A stretch of DNA of 64,000 bases from positions 1 through 64,000 of IMG/VR virus record IMGVR_UViG_3300035208_004206; one strand, given 5' to 3'. Below are positions 1-9,600 of the stretch, one piece after another. Position 1 is the first letter of the stretch; each line of letters opens with the position of its first letter. The notes beneath the pieces are model-generated. The model did not search any database. It was given only the letters and a program-made list of their open reading frames with translations, and was not told the DNA's origin. Made by a program: the position numbers and the translations under genes. Source of the DNA: a virus (taxonomy: Duplodnaviria > Caudoviricetes).

Positions 1-639
1 TTGAACTCTGCTCGATTGGCTGCTCTTGAAGAGCTTAAGCTTTGCAAAGCAAATGTGAAAGAACTTCAGCACAAGCACGCACAGGAAAACAGTCGTGCTG
101 AGCATTATAGAAACGAGAACACTTTTGCGAGAAACAACCTTGCACACATTACCGCTTTGTGGGAGCAACAGAAAGAGTATCTTGCTGCTTGCTACAAGAA
201 GATCGGTGAGTATGAAAAGGAACTGACACGACGTGGTGCTGCAATATCGGGGAAGGCTCAAGATGAAGAAATCAAGATCCCCGAGAAGCTCACGCTCAAG
301 ATCAAACCTTTCAAGGATCGTGAATCACAATCTTTCTACCTTGGGAAAAACAGTATCTTGGGAAACGATCTTGAGGAGTGGGTGAAAGATGTTGTCGTGA
401 AAGTCCATATGCTTGCTGCACAATTGGCAATGGAAAACCGTATAGCATATGGTAACACGCTTGTCATGGATCGTTTCACCCTTCAACTAATCACCAAGAT
501 CTTCCCGCTCATTGATTATGAGATGGTGAACAACAGCAATTTCCGAGGGGTTCTTCTCGGAAAATATCTTGTGTACATATCAGATTTGATGGAGAACGAA
601 ATCCAAATATCTTATCAACAACCGGTTGGGAGAAACTGA
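1..639 (+). CDS. Hypothetical protein with N-terminal coiled coil (probably 5'-truncated by window edge)
   Basis: Open frame from base 1; its TGA overlaps the next ATG. Confidence 0.6.
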   Translation: MNSARLAALEELKLCKANVKELQHKHAQENSRAEHYRNENTFARNNLAHITALWEQQKEYLAACYKKIGEYEKELTRRGAAISGKAQDEEIKIPEKLTLKIKPFKDRESQSFYLGKNSILGNDLEEWVKDVVVKVHMLAAQLAMENRIAYGNTLVMDRFTLQLITKIFPLIDYEMVNNSNFRGVLLGKYLVYISDLMENEIQISYQQPVGRN

Positions 640-803
640 TGGCTCCGCTGTACGTTTATGAATGTGAGAATGAATCTTGTCAACATCGGTTTGAAGTAAC
701 ACACCCGATCGCGGACATGTCGATCCCGAAGGTTTGCCCCGAGTGTGGTGAGCAGACGACGAAGCGTGTTCCGTTTCCGGTCACCATCAAAGGCGCGAAC
801 TGA
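639..803 (+). CDS. FmdB-family zinc-ribbon protein, 54 aa (not in ORF track)
   Basis: MAPLYVYECENESCQHRFEV...CPECG matches the MPxYxYxC..C.H.FE..CPxCG pattern; start overlaps upstream stop (TGATG). Confidence 0.8.
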   Translation: MAPLYVYECENESCQHRFEVTHPIADMSIPKVCPECGEQTTKRVPFPVTIKGAN

Positions 804-827
804 TCTCGCGATTCCAATCCTCCATAA

Positions 828-834
828 GTAAAAT
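828..834 (+). promoter_or_regulatory. GTAnAATA -10-like element without a -35 (putative middle-type promoter); further copies at 10193, 24031, 25890, 30726, 35127, 38338, 40541, 41531, 46644
   Basis: Recurring motif in or at the edge of intergenic gaps upstream of SD sites; several precede replication genes. Confidence 0.5.
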
Positions 835-862
835 ATAATGTTGATCAATCAGGAGGTTTTCT

Positions 863-1429
863 ATGTGGTGGATTCTTTTACAAGTGTTCGTTGTTCTACT
901 CCTCGGGGTTGCAACAGCAGGATTGTCTTTTCGGTATGGTGCAAAATATTCCTCGCGTCTCTGGGCTGACAACATTCACCGCCCAGATTTTGTTGTTCAC
1001 GACGGCAAGCGGTACAAGGTCGTGATCCCAACTGAGGATATGGACCCTAAGCGTACTATGCACAAAATAGGTAACGGTGCTTTCGTCACTCGGGTTCTTC
1101 TTCTGTCTGAAGAAGCTTTGTCTGAGCATGGTGTCGGTGTTGTTCGAGGTGGTCAGAATATCTGTCGCTTTGCTTGGGACGTTTTCCAGTATGATAAGGT
1201 CAACACCCAGGTCGCCGCAGATTGTCCGGTTGCTCTCTTCTATGATCGTGAGGGTAAGACCTATGTGTACAAGAACAAGTACGGCAAAACTGGTCTTGTG
1301 ATGCTAGAGGCAGCAAAGGAAGTCAAGACTGATCCGATGGGCATTGAAGAGAAGGAAAGGATCGCTGAAGAAGATCGTGGCAAGAGACCCGACAAGCGTG
1401 ACAAACGCAAAGCGGCGCGGGTCGGCTGA
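863..1429 (+). CDS. Hypothetical protein with N-terminal membrane anchor
   Basis: AGGAGG SD; hydrophobic residues 1-22. Confidence 0.7.
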   Translation: MWWILLQVFVVLLLGVATAGLSFRYGAKYSSRLWADNIHRPDFVVHDGKRYKVVIPTEDMDPKRTMHKIGNGAFVTRVLLLSEEALSEHGVGVVRGGQNICRFAWDVFQYDKVNTQVAADCPVALFYDREGKTYVYKNKYGKTGLVMLEAAKEVKTDPMGIEEKERIAEEDRGKRPDKRDKRKAARVG

Positions 1430-1959
1430 TGCTCGAGTATGAAAACTTCAAGGTCGTCTGCAAGGACGGTGAAGTTGCTGTCGTCTTTGCTTTCAATGAT
1501 GGAAAGGAAGATGAAGGCAAGTTTGCTGGTGCGATCATGCGAGAGGGTGAAGCTCTCAACATCGTTGTCCCTCCGATCATGGAACGTGTTGAGTTTTCAA
1601 AAGAAGCCAACATGTTCATCATCGAGTTCTTCAGCAACACCAAACAACGGCAATCAAGGTTCGTCACTCTCGATGGCAGGATAGCAAATAACAAGACATA
1701 CAATCATATCTCAGGGTTCAGAGAAGATCTTTGTATTGTCAAGAAGGATGGGTTGGAGAACTTCATCACACCAGATCTTAACGAGGTCGGCAAGTGGAAG
1801 TACATTTATCTGACATATCCTGATGCGAACGGTATAATAACAGGTGTGCGGTTTGATGCTGAGATCAAAGGAAACCGAATGGTTGAGATGAGATGGCACC
1901 TGAAAGCTCGAGTGCTTGAGGAACTGTGTGATGTGTATCGGGAGGGAACTGAAGCATGA
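1429..1959 (+). CDS. Hypothetical protein containing one WG-repeat-like segment
   Basis: Coupled start; ISGFREDLCIVKKDGLENFI resembles the F.EGLA.V..DGK.GFI repeat. Confidence 0.55.
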   Translation: MLEYENFKVVCKDGEVAVVFAFNDGKEDEGKFAGAIMREGEALNIVVPPIMERVEFSKEANMFIIEFFSNTKQRQSRFVTLDGRIANNKTYNHISGFREDLCIVKKDGLENFITPDLNEVGKWKYIYLTYPDANGIITGVRFDAEIKGNRMVEMRWHLKARVLEELCDVYREGTEA

Positions 1960-3635
1960 ATATTCTCCGAGTGACATTCAAGAACCTGTTGAGCTTTGGA
2001 AACACCCCGACCACCTTTAATTTTATCGATGAACATAGAATCATTGGCATTTGCGGGGAAAATGGGACTGGGAAGTCCTCAATCTTTGACGCTGTGTTCT
2101 ACTCTTTATTTGGTTCTCCTTTCCGCAAGATCAACAAACCTGATCTACTGAACCGTGCGAATGAGCGAGATCTTGTTTCTGAAATAGAATTTGAACGTGG
2201 TGGAAGGAACTACGTGATCAAGCGTGGGATGAGACCGAACTTCATCGAAGTGTACAAGGACGGTGAACCTGTCGACATCCCGGCAAACATCATTGCTGCT
2301 CAACGTGTTCTTGAGCGTGACATCATTGGAACAAGTGAAGGCGTCTTCAGGCAAGTGTTCATGCTCGGGATGGGAATGTTCCAGTCCTTCTTCAAGTTGC
2401 CGATCGCTGCAAGACGAACCCTTTTTGAAGAGGTCGTGCGTATCGGTGTGGTGCAGAAGATGCTCGAGGAAACCAAAGCAGAAGAGAAAGCTCTTGCCTC
2501 TCGTTGTCAGGAGATCGAGATAGAGAAGCGAGCGATCACAGAACGGATCGCTGCAATGCAGAGGCAGATAGAAAATGCGACCGGTGCAGGAACCGGTGCA
2601 GACGAACAGACCGAGGTTGTACTTGCCCAGTTGAAAAAACAAGTTGAAGAGTTGACCGTTGTTACAGAAGCTTTAGAATATGAAAAGGTTTCAATTCGTC
2701 TCGGTGAATTGAAAGCACGAGGAAGGGAAATAGAAATCGAAGCGGCAACACTTGAGAACGAACAAAAGAAAACCGAGAAGCTTGTGGAATTTTATTCTAC
2801 TCATGATGTGTGTGATCGGTGTGGGCAGAACGTTGACGCAATGTTCAAGAGCGAAGCGATCGCACAGAATCAACGTCGTCTCAAAGAGATAGACCAAATG
2901 ATCGATCGGTTGGTCGAAGAAGCATCAGAGATTGGGGTTGAGAACTCAAAGCTCCACGGAGAGCTGACCCGCTCCAAGACTGCCGCAGAAGAGAAGGCAA
3001 GGGTCTCAGCTAAGGTTGAGGCAATCGTTCAAGCCTCGAAGGTCAGGGGTGGTGCACAAGACAGTGTGATCGCAGGTCTTCAGGAAGAACTGTTGCTGGC
3101 ACAGAATGCTGCGGCAAAGATTGAAGAAGAGAGTGCCGCAGTGACAGCAGAGCAGAGAACTTCTTCGGTCATCAAGTTCGTGCTTTCAGATGAAGGTTTC
3201 AAGCGATATGTGTACAACAGCTTTGTCCCCGTTCTGAATGGTCACGTGAATGAAGTGCTCAATGACTTCTCTCAAGATGTGATCTTTGAACTTGACACAA
3301 ACCTGCAGGAACGGTTCTGGGTGAAGCATGGTGTGTCGGTGGAATACGATACCTTCAGCAATGGTGAGAAGCAGATCCTTGACGTGTCGTTCCTCTTTGG
3401 GATGCAAGCATTCCTCACGAAGATCTATGGGTTCAATTGTGAGATCACGTTTATTGACGAATTGTGGGATTCATCTTTGGACGCAGAAAAAATTAATTTG
3501 ATCGCACAGTTCTTGCGTAAGAGAGAGACAAAAACAGTTATTATTTCCCATAATATTGGTCTTAGAGAATACTTTGATAAAATGTATATTGTTAGGAAGA
3601 CAGATGGCTTTTCTCAAATAACTGAAGAGCAATAA
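1956..3635 (+). CDS. gp46: SMC/Rad50-like recombination endonuclease ATPase subunit (T4 gp46/SbcC-like)
   Basis: Walker A GENGTGKS, coiled coil with CDRC zinc hook, signature FSNGE, Walker B FIDE, H-loop ISH. Confidence 0.95.
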   Translation: MNILRVTFKNLLSFGNTPTTFNFIDEHRIIGICGENGTGKSSIFDAVFYSLFGSPFRKINKPDLLNRANERDLVSEIEFERGGRNYVIKRGMRPNFIEVYKDGEPVDIPANIIAAQRVLERDIIGTSEGVFRQVFMLGMGMFQSFFKLPIAARRTLFEEVVRIGVVQKMLEETKAEEKALASRCQEIEIEKRAITERIAAMQRQIENATGAGTGADEQTEVVLAQLKKQVEELTVVTEALEYEKVSIRLGELKARGREIEIEAATLENEQKKTEKLVEFYSTHDVCDRCGQNVDAMFKSEAIAQNQRRLKEIDQMIDRLVEEASEIGVENSKLHGELTRSKTAAEEKARVSAKVEAIVQASKVRGGAQDSVIAGLQEELLLAQNAAAKIEEESAAVTAEQRTSSVIKFVLSDEGFKRYVYNSFVPVLNGHVNEVLNDFSQDVIFELDTNLQERFWVKHGVSVEYDTFSNGEKQILDVSFLFGMQAFLTKIYGFNCEITFIDELWDSSLDAEKINLIAQFLRKRETKTVIISHNIGLREYFDKMYIVRKTDGFSQITEEQ

Positions 3636-4368
3636 GGTATAGTTGCATAACTTGTAGAATATTTGGGTTAAACCTTAATCGTTGTCTGATAGCCGCATAA
3701 AATTTTGTTTCTTCTGATCTTGTCTTTCCAGTATTAATTTGACGTCTCTTTTCAATTGTCTCCTGCGATTGTTTATAACCTAAGTAAGATTCCCTTTGTC
3801 TCTCTCGGGTTTTCTCTGAGATAGGTTTTCTTTTCTTTGCGAGAGCGCTCAGAATTTTACAAACTTCCGGTGTACGTTTTTGTCCAGTATTCTTAGCAAT
3901 TCTTTTGGCAATCGTTTCTGGTGATTGTACTTTACCAATATGAGAAGTGATTCTTTTCAATCTAGTTTCTTCAGATCGGTGTTTACTACCCTCTCCCCAT
4001 GATTGTTTTATTTTATCAATTGTTTCTTTTGATTTTGGTAGTGATGCTTTTCTAACATATATAGAAACTCCTTCTCCGCCATTAGTAATATTACAAAGTT
4101 TCACACCATGCTCTCTTGCAAAAGCAATCTGTTGAATCTCAATTGCAAAGGCTTCTTCCTCTGTCAAGTTCTCTGCAATCAGAACAACAGTGGGTGGATT
4201 GTCTTTTGTGAAGATATTATGCCAGTGTTTGTTTCTTTTATAAAAATTAAAAGCACGATTTCTTTTTCCCTTTCCAATATATCTACAACCAGGTTGACCA
4301 TGCTCTGGATTCTCATTAATGTGATGGTAAACATAAAAATGTTTTTCAATGCTGTAAAAATTTCTCAT
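3592..4368 (-). mobile_element. Free-standing GIY-YIG homing endonuclease with NUMOD3-like repeats (Seg-like)
   Basis: FYVY..YIGKG, R..H, E, NITNGGEG catalytic pattern; repeated SPETIAK/SKETIDK/SQETIEK modules; GGAG SD before ATG 4368; AT-rich and antisense to neighbours. Confidence 0.85.
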
Positions 4369-4470
4369 GTGATCCACTCCTCAGATCCGTTAAATATTCC
4401 GACGGGACAACTGAAGAATCCACTCCTTCAGCCGAGGATCAGATGACACTGAACCTCTTACCGTCATCTT

Positions 4471-4476
4471 TATTTA
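4471..4476 (-). promoter_or_regulatory. Late-type promoter core TAAATA driving the homing endonuclease
   Basis: CTAAATA on the minus strand about 100 nt upstream of ATG 4368. Confidence 0.55.
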
Positions 4477-4507
4477 GTATCATCAACGAAGAAGGTTGAT
4501 ATATCTT

Positions 4508-4587
4508 CTAACCCCTTGATTTAATTATCAGATACTTACTCTAAGAAATGTACTTTAGAAGGGTACTGGTGTATAATATCTAGAGTG
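4508..4587 (+). promoter_or_regulatory. Early sigma70-type promoter cassette, copy 1 (-35 TGTACT 4549, 17 bp, TG-extended -10 TATAAT 4572)
   Basis: Same architecture at 12746, 16763 and 31516. Confidence 0.85.
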
Positions 4588-4618
4588 AGCGAAGTGCTCA
4601 ACAATAGAGGAAAGTAAG

Positions 4619-4909
4619 ATGAATCTTTTATCAAGGGTTGGACAAGAACATTTTAACAACACGCCAATTGACCAACTTCTTCAAGAGGATTTTGACTATG
4701 AAGATTGTTGGGAACGCAAAGACCATGCAACCGTTTGTTTGGCATATGTGTTGCCGAACAACCAAAGATATGGGTCATGTCAAGTTATACACAAGTCATT
4801 TCTTGTAGGGAAGGAATATAGAGCACACAGATCGTATCGTTGTAATCACATATGTATTGATGTGATGGTTGAAGCAGATTGGAAACCCGAATGGATGAGG
4901 GAGAAGTAG
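4619..4909 (+). CDS. Hypothetical early protein
   Basis: GAGG SD, first ORF after the early promoter. Confidence 0.65.
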   Translation: MNLLSRVGQEHFNNTPIDQLLQEDFDYEDCWERKDHATVCLAYVLPNNQRYGSCQVIHKSFLVGKEYRAHRSYRCNHICIDVMVEADWKPEWMREK

Positions 4910-4911
4910 TC

Positions 4912-5202
4912 ATGAGCGTGTTTGCAAAGGAAAAGATGGAACGTTCCTTCTTCACGATGAAAGATCTGACGAAGAAGATACACGAGGATTTTATCAGCGC
5001 TTATGAAAACTTCAGTCGGGTTGAGGTACGGTTCTATTTCCCCGATGATGCTGATGGAAACCTTCAGTTCATTGACAAGTGGGGAAACCTCACGCTCACC
5101 GATGGTCCGATCATGAGCATGGTGCTCATAACGAATGAAGAGAAAGACCGTGGGAGCATGTGGATCATCGGGCCGAAAGATCGGGTTATTGGTTCGCGAT
5201 AG
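4912..5202 (+). CDS. Hypothetical early protein
   Basis: GGGAG SD; ATG 3 nt after the upstream stop. Confidence 0.6.
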   Translation: MSVFAKEKMERSFFTMKDLTKKIHEDFISAYENFSRVEVRFYFPDDADGNLQFIDKWGNLTLTDGPIMSMVLITNEEKDRGSMWIIGPKDRVIGSR

Positions 5203-5211
5203 GAGAATGTC

Positions 5212-5454
5212 ATGAGTGAGTATTCAAAAGTCATTCTGAAGATCGCGAAGAGGATCGCAGCCCGAGACCACAAGCAGGTCGGTGGTGGGTGTTCGTGCGA
5301 GGTGATGGCGTTTTGTCGTTGGGCAGATGCCGCGGTCGAGTGTGAGTACCGTGTTCCCGATATTGAAAGGATGTTGCATTGCGACCACTGCCGTGTGCTC
5401 AAGGATGGTACGATGCTGTGTGAAAATCAATCAGCAATAGACAGGATGAGCTAG
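5212..5454 (+). CDS. Small Cys-rich hypothetical protein
   Basis: AGGAG SD; CSC, CxxC. Confidence 0.6.
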   Translation: MSEYSKVILKIAKRIAARDHKQVGGGCSCEVMAFCRWADAAVECEYRVPDIERMLHCDHCRVLKDGTMLCENQSAIDRMS

Positions 5455-5461
5455 GAGGGAA

Positions 5462-5719
5462 GTGATGAGGTTGAGTGAACAGTGGCGCAAGAAAAAACAA
5501 GAGAAGCCTGAAGAAGGTACAACCATTGCTGAACTTGTTGCTATCCCTTGTGAGTTTGCAGACAAGCTGGCTGATGCTGTTGATCAGCGAGACGTTCTGT
5601 TGTCACTGTATCGGCAACTCCCCAATGTTCTAGGAAATGTTTATGAAAACAAAGGGTGTAAACAATACTCAACTCTCATACAGAAGATAGCTTCATTGGA
5701 AAAGATCTTATCTAAATAA
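5462..5719 (+). CDS. Hypothetical protein
   Basis: AGGAGG SD. Confidence 0.6.
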   Translation: MMRLSEQWRKKKQEKPEEGTTIAELVAIPCEFADKLADAVDQRDVLLSLYRQLPNVLGNVYENKGCKQYSTLIQKIASLEKILSK

Positions 5720-5741
5720 GATCGTTGAATATTTGGAGGAG

Positions 5742-5876
5742 ATGATGGGGTACTACATTGGAATGTTCCTGTTCGTCGGTGGCTGTCTTGGGATAGTCGG
5801 TTTCGTCGGGTGGGAATACGGCGCTTGGGATGAGATCAAACGTAAATGGCGGAGTCTTGGATGCTGGAGCCGTTAA
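5742..5876 (+). CDS. 44-aa single-pass membrane protein (not in ORF track)
   Basis: GGAGG SD; MMGYYIGMFLFVGGCLGIVGFVGWEY followed by a basic tail. Confidence 0.6.
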   Translation: MMGYYIGMFLFVGGCLGIVGFVGWEYGAWDEIKRKWRSLGCWSR

Positions 5877-6193
5877 GTCTTGCAATTGGAATAGGGATCG
5901 CTCTTGCCTGCTTTGGTGGGTGGTGGGCGTGGAATCGTCGTCCACTGAAGAACCCAATGTTGGAAGCGGAACGTCTCATTGATCGTCTCGACTCTGGTCG
6001 GGAGAACTTTATCAATGTGGACACGCGGATCGGTGGTGAACGTTGCACCGTGAAAGCAGATTGGCGACTGTTGTCTGCTTCAGCGAAGGACACTATCAGA
6101 ATAATGCTCCGTCAAGCAAGGACCAACTCCGAAATGAAACCGGTTGTTGACACCTACAACGATTCACTTTTCAAACCAAAACAGCCTAAATAG
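5861..6193 (+). CDS. Membrane-anchored hypothetical protein
   Basis: GGAG SD; LSLAIGIGIALACFGGWWAW transmembrane segment. Confidence 0.6.
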   Translation: MLEPLSLAIGIGIALACFGGWWAWNRRPLKNPMLEAERLIDRLDSGRENFINVDTRIGGERCTVKADWRLLSASAKDTIRIMLRQARTNSEMKPVVDTYNDSLFKPKQPK

Positions 6194-6218
6194 ACACGAA
6201 CCCTTTGAGGAAAAAAGC

Positions 6219-6611
6219 TTGTGCACTGTAAGGAAGTTCGTTGACGAGTTCAATCGGCACGGAAGCGTGCTGTTGGACAACACGTTATCTGTTCCTAAGA
6301 TTGACACGTTCGAAGCCAATGCGGTCAAGCGCAATGGATCATGGGTGATTCCAGTGATGGTTGTGCGAGAAGGGGAAGCAATGTTTGTTGGGTCGATGCA
6401 CGATTGGCCCAAAGAAATTTCACTTGATCTGTGGACCAGGGTGATGCAAGCTGTTCATTATACGGTTCTTATGTTCAATCACGAAGACGGAAGAGAGTGT
6501 GCATTGGTGCGGATGCAAGTACCAGAGTCGAGGGCGTATGCTTTCGCTGTGGAGATATTCGATCGTAAGACTGGACCGGATGGTGTGAAGGGAGGGGAAC
6601 ATGCTTTTTGA
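6219..6611 (+). CDS. Hypothetical protein (probable TTG start)
   Basis: GAGG SD 8 nt upstream, after TAAATA at 6187. Confidence 0.55.
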   Translation: MCTVRKFVDEFNRHGSVLLDNTLSVPKIDTFEANAVKRNGSWVIPVMVVREGEAMFVGSMHDWPKEISLDLWTRVMQAVHYTVLMFNHEDGRECALVRMQVPESRAYAFAVEIFDRKTGPDGVKGGEHAF

Positions 6612-9600
6612 GAAGACCGCTTTTTTGGATGAAGCTGCGAACCCTCAGGAGTTCATCGACCGGACAGAAGAGGTCATCAGACTCATCGGCCTGCGCGGTC
6701 TTGTTGATCGCATCTGGAAAGATGAAGGAGATGAAGCTACCGCACTTGAGATGCTGTCCAATCTGAATGGATATGAAACAGAAGCCGACGATCTCACCAA
6801 TGATCTTGAGTGGGATGAATCTCGCCCTGATCTTGCTGCCACTCTTTGCAAAGGACCGAAGTTCAAAGCGTGGATCGGTCGCAGAGCTGGTCGCACTGAT
6901 CTGAATGAGAGTGAAGATATAAAGATTGGAAGATTTATTGCTCGAAAAGAGGTTGTTGACAGAATCGCACAAGAGGTTGGTATCCCAGCAAAAGGTGTTG
7001 TTTCAATTCTGAAAGTGAGGAATAGTGGATATTACTATGACATTAAGTGGATGACCGGATATCACGATGACATCATCGATAAAGTGTGTAATCTTTGGGA
7101 ACAAACCCCCGACTCAGAAAAGAGAGAGCGTAAGCAGGATCTGAATGAGAGTGGGAACGGAAACAAAGTGTTCGATTCATTTCATGATTGGGAAAACGCC
7201 GCAAGGAAAAATGGTCTCGAGGTCTATGCACAGGGTGCTGCTGACGGAAAATACTATGTGAAGGATAAAGATGGTGAAGTATGCGGAAGGTTTGACAAGA
7301 AGGCTGAAGATGGATGGATTCACACATCTGATCTGAACGAGGACGTCGACGAGACGAAGCCCTACTGTGTTGTGCGTACCGGTGGGTATATCAGTATGAA
7401 GAGTGGTATCGTTGCGACCTTTGACACCGCTGAGGAAGCAAAGGAATATGCAAGCCGGATGAACAAGGCGAGATCGCAGGGCGATCGGGAATACTACAAG
7501 ATTCACTACTCCGCGCAGAAGAACAACAAGGGTCTCAAGCTGACGACAGAGGGTCTTGATGAATGTCAGTCCTGTGTTGAGTCTTCTCTCTTCAAGATGG
7601 GTGCAGAAGAGTTGCTTGCCAAGATGACAGAGCTTGACAGCAATGCTGCTGGTAAAGCTGCTCGTGACTTTGGGGCAGGCGGAAGTCGTATCCAGTTGAT
7701 CAACAAGCTTGACGCCCTGTTGAAGTACGGAACACGGATCCTCGCAGAGTGGTTGAAGGATGAATCACCGATCGTGTATGCCGCACTTGGGGGGAAGGAG
7801 AAGCATGGAGAGAAGATCGAGGAAGCTTTTGGTCGGCCAATAAACTTGGATGAAATTGCAAAAGACTTTGGTATTTCATATCGTCAGGTATTTCATATTT
7901 TGAAAAAAAGACAAATAGGAAATACAATATCGAAACTTGCGCAAGAGTATAAGATGAATATTCGTGAAATGGAAGGTATAGTTAAGAAGCTTGAAGAATA
8001 TGGATTTGTTGATTCAACAAAAGATTGGGAGGAGAATATGAAAGAGAAGATGATCAACGAGGTTGGGTATGTAGAACCGGTCATGACTCCGCAGGCAATA
8101 GCCAATCGGGCAAAGCAACCTGTCAGCCCTTGGGTCGGTCGTCGTGCTGCTTGGGATGCATGGAAGAAGGACAGCGCTTGGGAGAAAAGAGATCCCGAAG
8201 CTATTAAAGCCGGTAAAGTACTTGCTCAGATCAGTGGTGACGACGTTGCTCTGACCATTGATTACACAGATGGTCCTGAAGCTCTTTCCAAAGTTGCTCG
8301 TCAGATCCACGCGTCTATGTCTAAGACCCAAGGTGCAGCATTCAATCGGATGATCAAGAAGGGAAACGGTTCTGGTCTGCTTGCTATCCTCAAGCGTGAA
8401 GCCCCAAAGTTCTATGCTGGTCTGCTTGCTGCTGATCATGAGACCAACGCTCGTGACGGCAAGTACGAGGGGTTTGATACTGGTGCTGACAACCCGCGCA
8501 ATCTCACACCCGATGAACAGTCGATGGCGAACAGTGAGACGAGAGTTGATGAGATAGATGAAAATAGAGAAGCGGAAGGTCCTTCTGCTGAGTTTCTTCA
8601 GTGGGAGCTTGACCAAATAGACACCTTCATGCGGAAGTCTGATGGTGACTACGATGATTATGACTGGGATGGAACCGAGCTTGTCGTGTTCAATGGCGGT
8701 GAAGTGATCGAACGGTACAATCGTCAGGACCTTGAGGAAGCTGGTGTCTTCACCAAGAACGAAGCTGTTGTGCCGTGTGGTGATGGTGCTGCGATAGTTG
8801 AATCAATATCAGAGTTCGCACGGAACAATGTCACGATGGCAACAGTGGAAACTCTTGTGGATTTCATCGAAAAAGAGGGCGCGCTTGAAGCTCTCGATGA
8901 CAGCTTCAACGGATATGGCGATAAAGATGCACTCATCAGACAGATGAAATTGATGAAGCGCACCGATCCGAACGGATACGTCGATGCAGTGTTTCGAACC
9001 GACGTTGTTCGTGCGGCTTTCAAGCGCGCAGAGGACAACGAAGCGGCCATCGAAAGCGAGACCGCGTGGGAGGAGAAGTCGGTCGGTGAGGAGATCACCG
9101 AAGCGACCATCCGTGATCGTGGCACACGTGACCGCATATATCTTGCGACCGGCACCAAGAATGACTTCCTCGCGGTCAAGCGGATGTGCGAGATGAAAGT
9201 GTCCAACCCCAAAAAGTATCGGAAGGTGTTGGGTGAAGCGACCGATTCTCCGACGACTCTTAGTCCTGGCCAATACTGGATCGGTGACCTCTGCTACGTG
9301 ATGCACGACGTGTGGAACGAGGTGGTCGATAAAATGTACGAGGGTGACACCGATCATGAAGGAGAGGTCATCACACTCAATGATGGCAGGGAGTTCCTGT
9401 ATTTTGGGACGGCACATGGAGATGGCGAGTACTTCGATAACGAAGGTAATGCATATGGTGTCGATGCAGGGATCATAGGCATCATCGCGTTGGAAGATAT
9501 AAAACAGGATGGAAAGAACGATCTGGCCAATGGTAGGGTCGAGATGTTCAGTTCACCGTTCAGTTGTGCAAAGGACGGCGGGGTGTTGATATTCGGTGGC

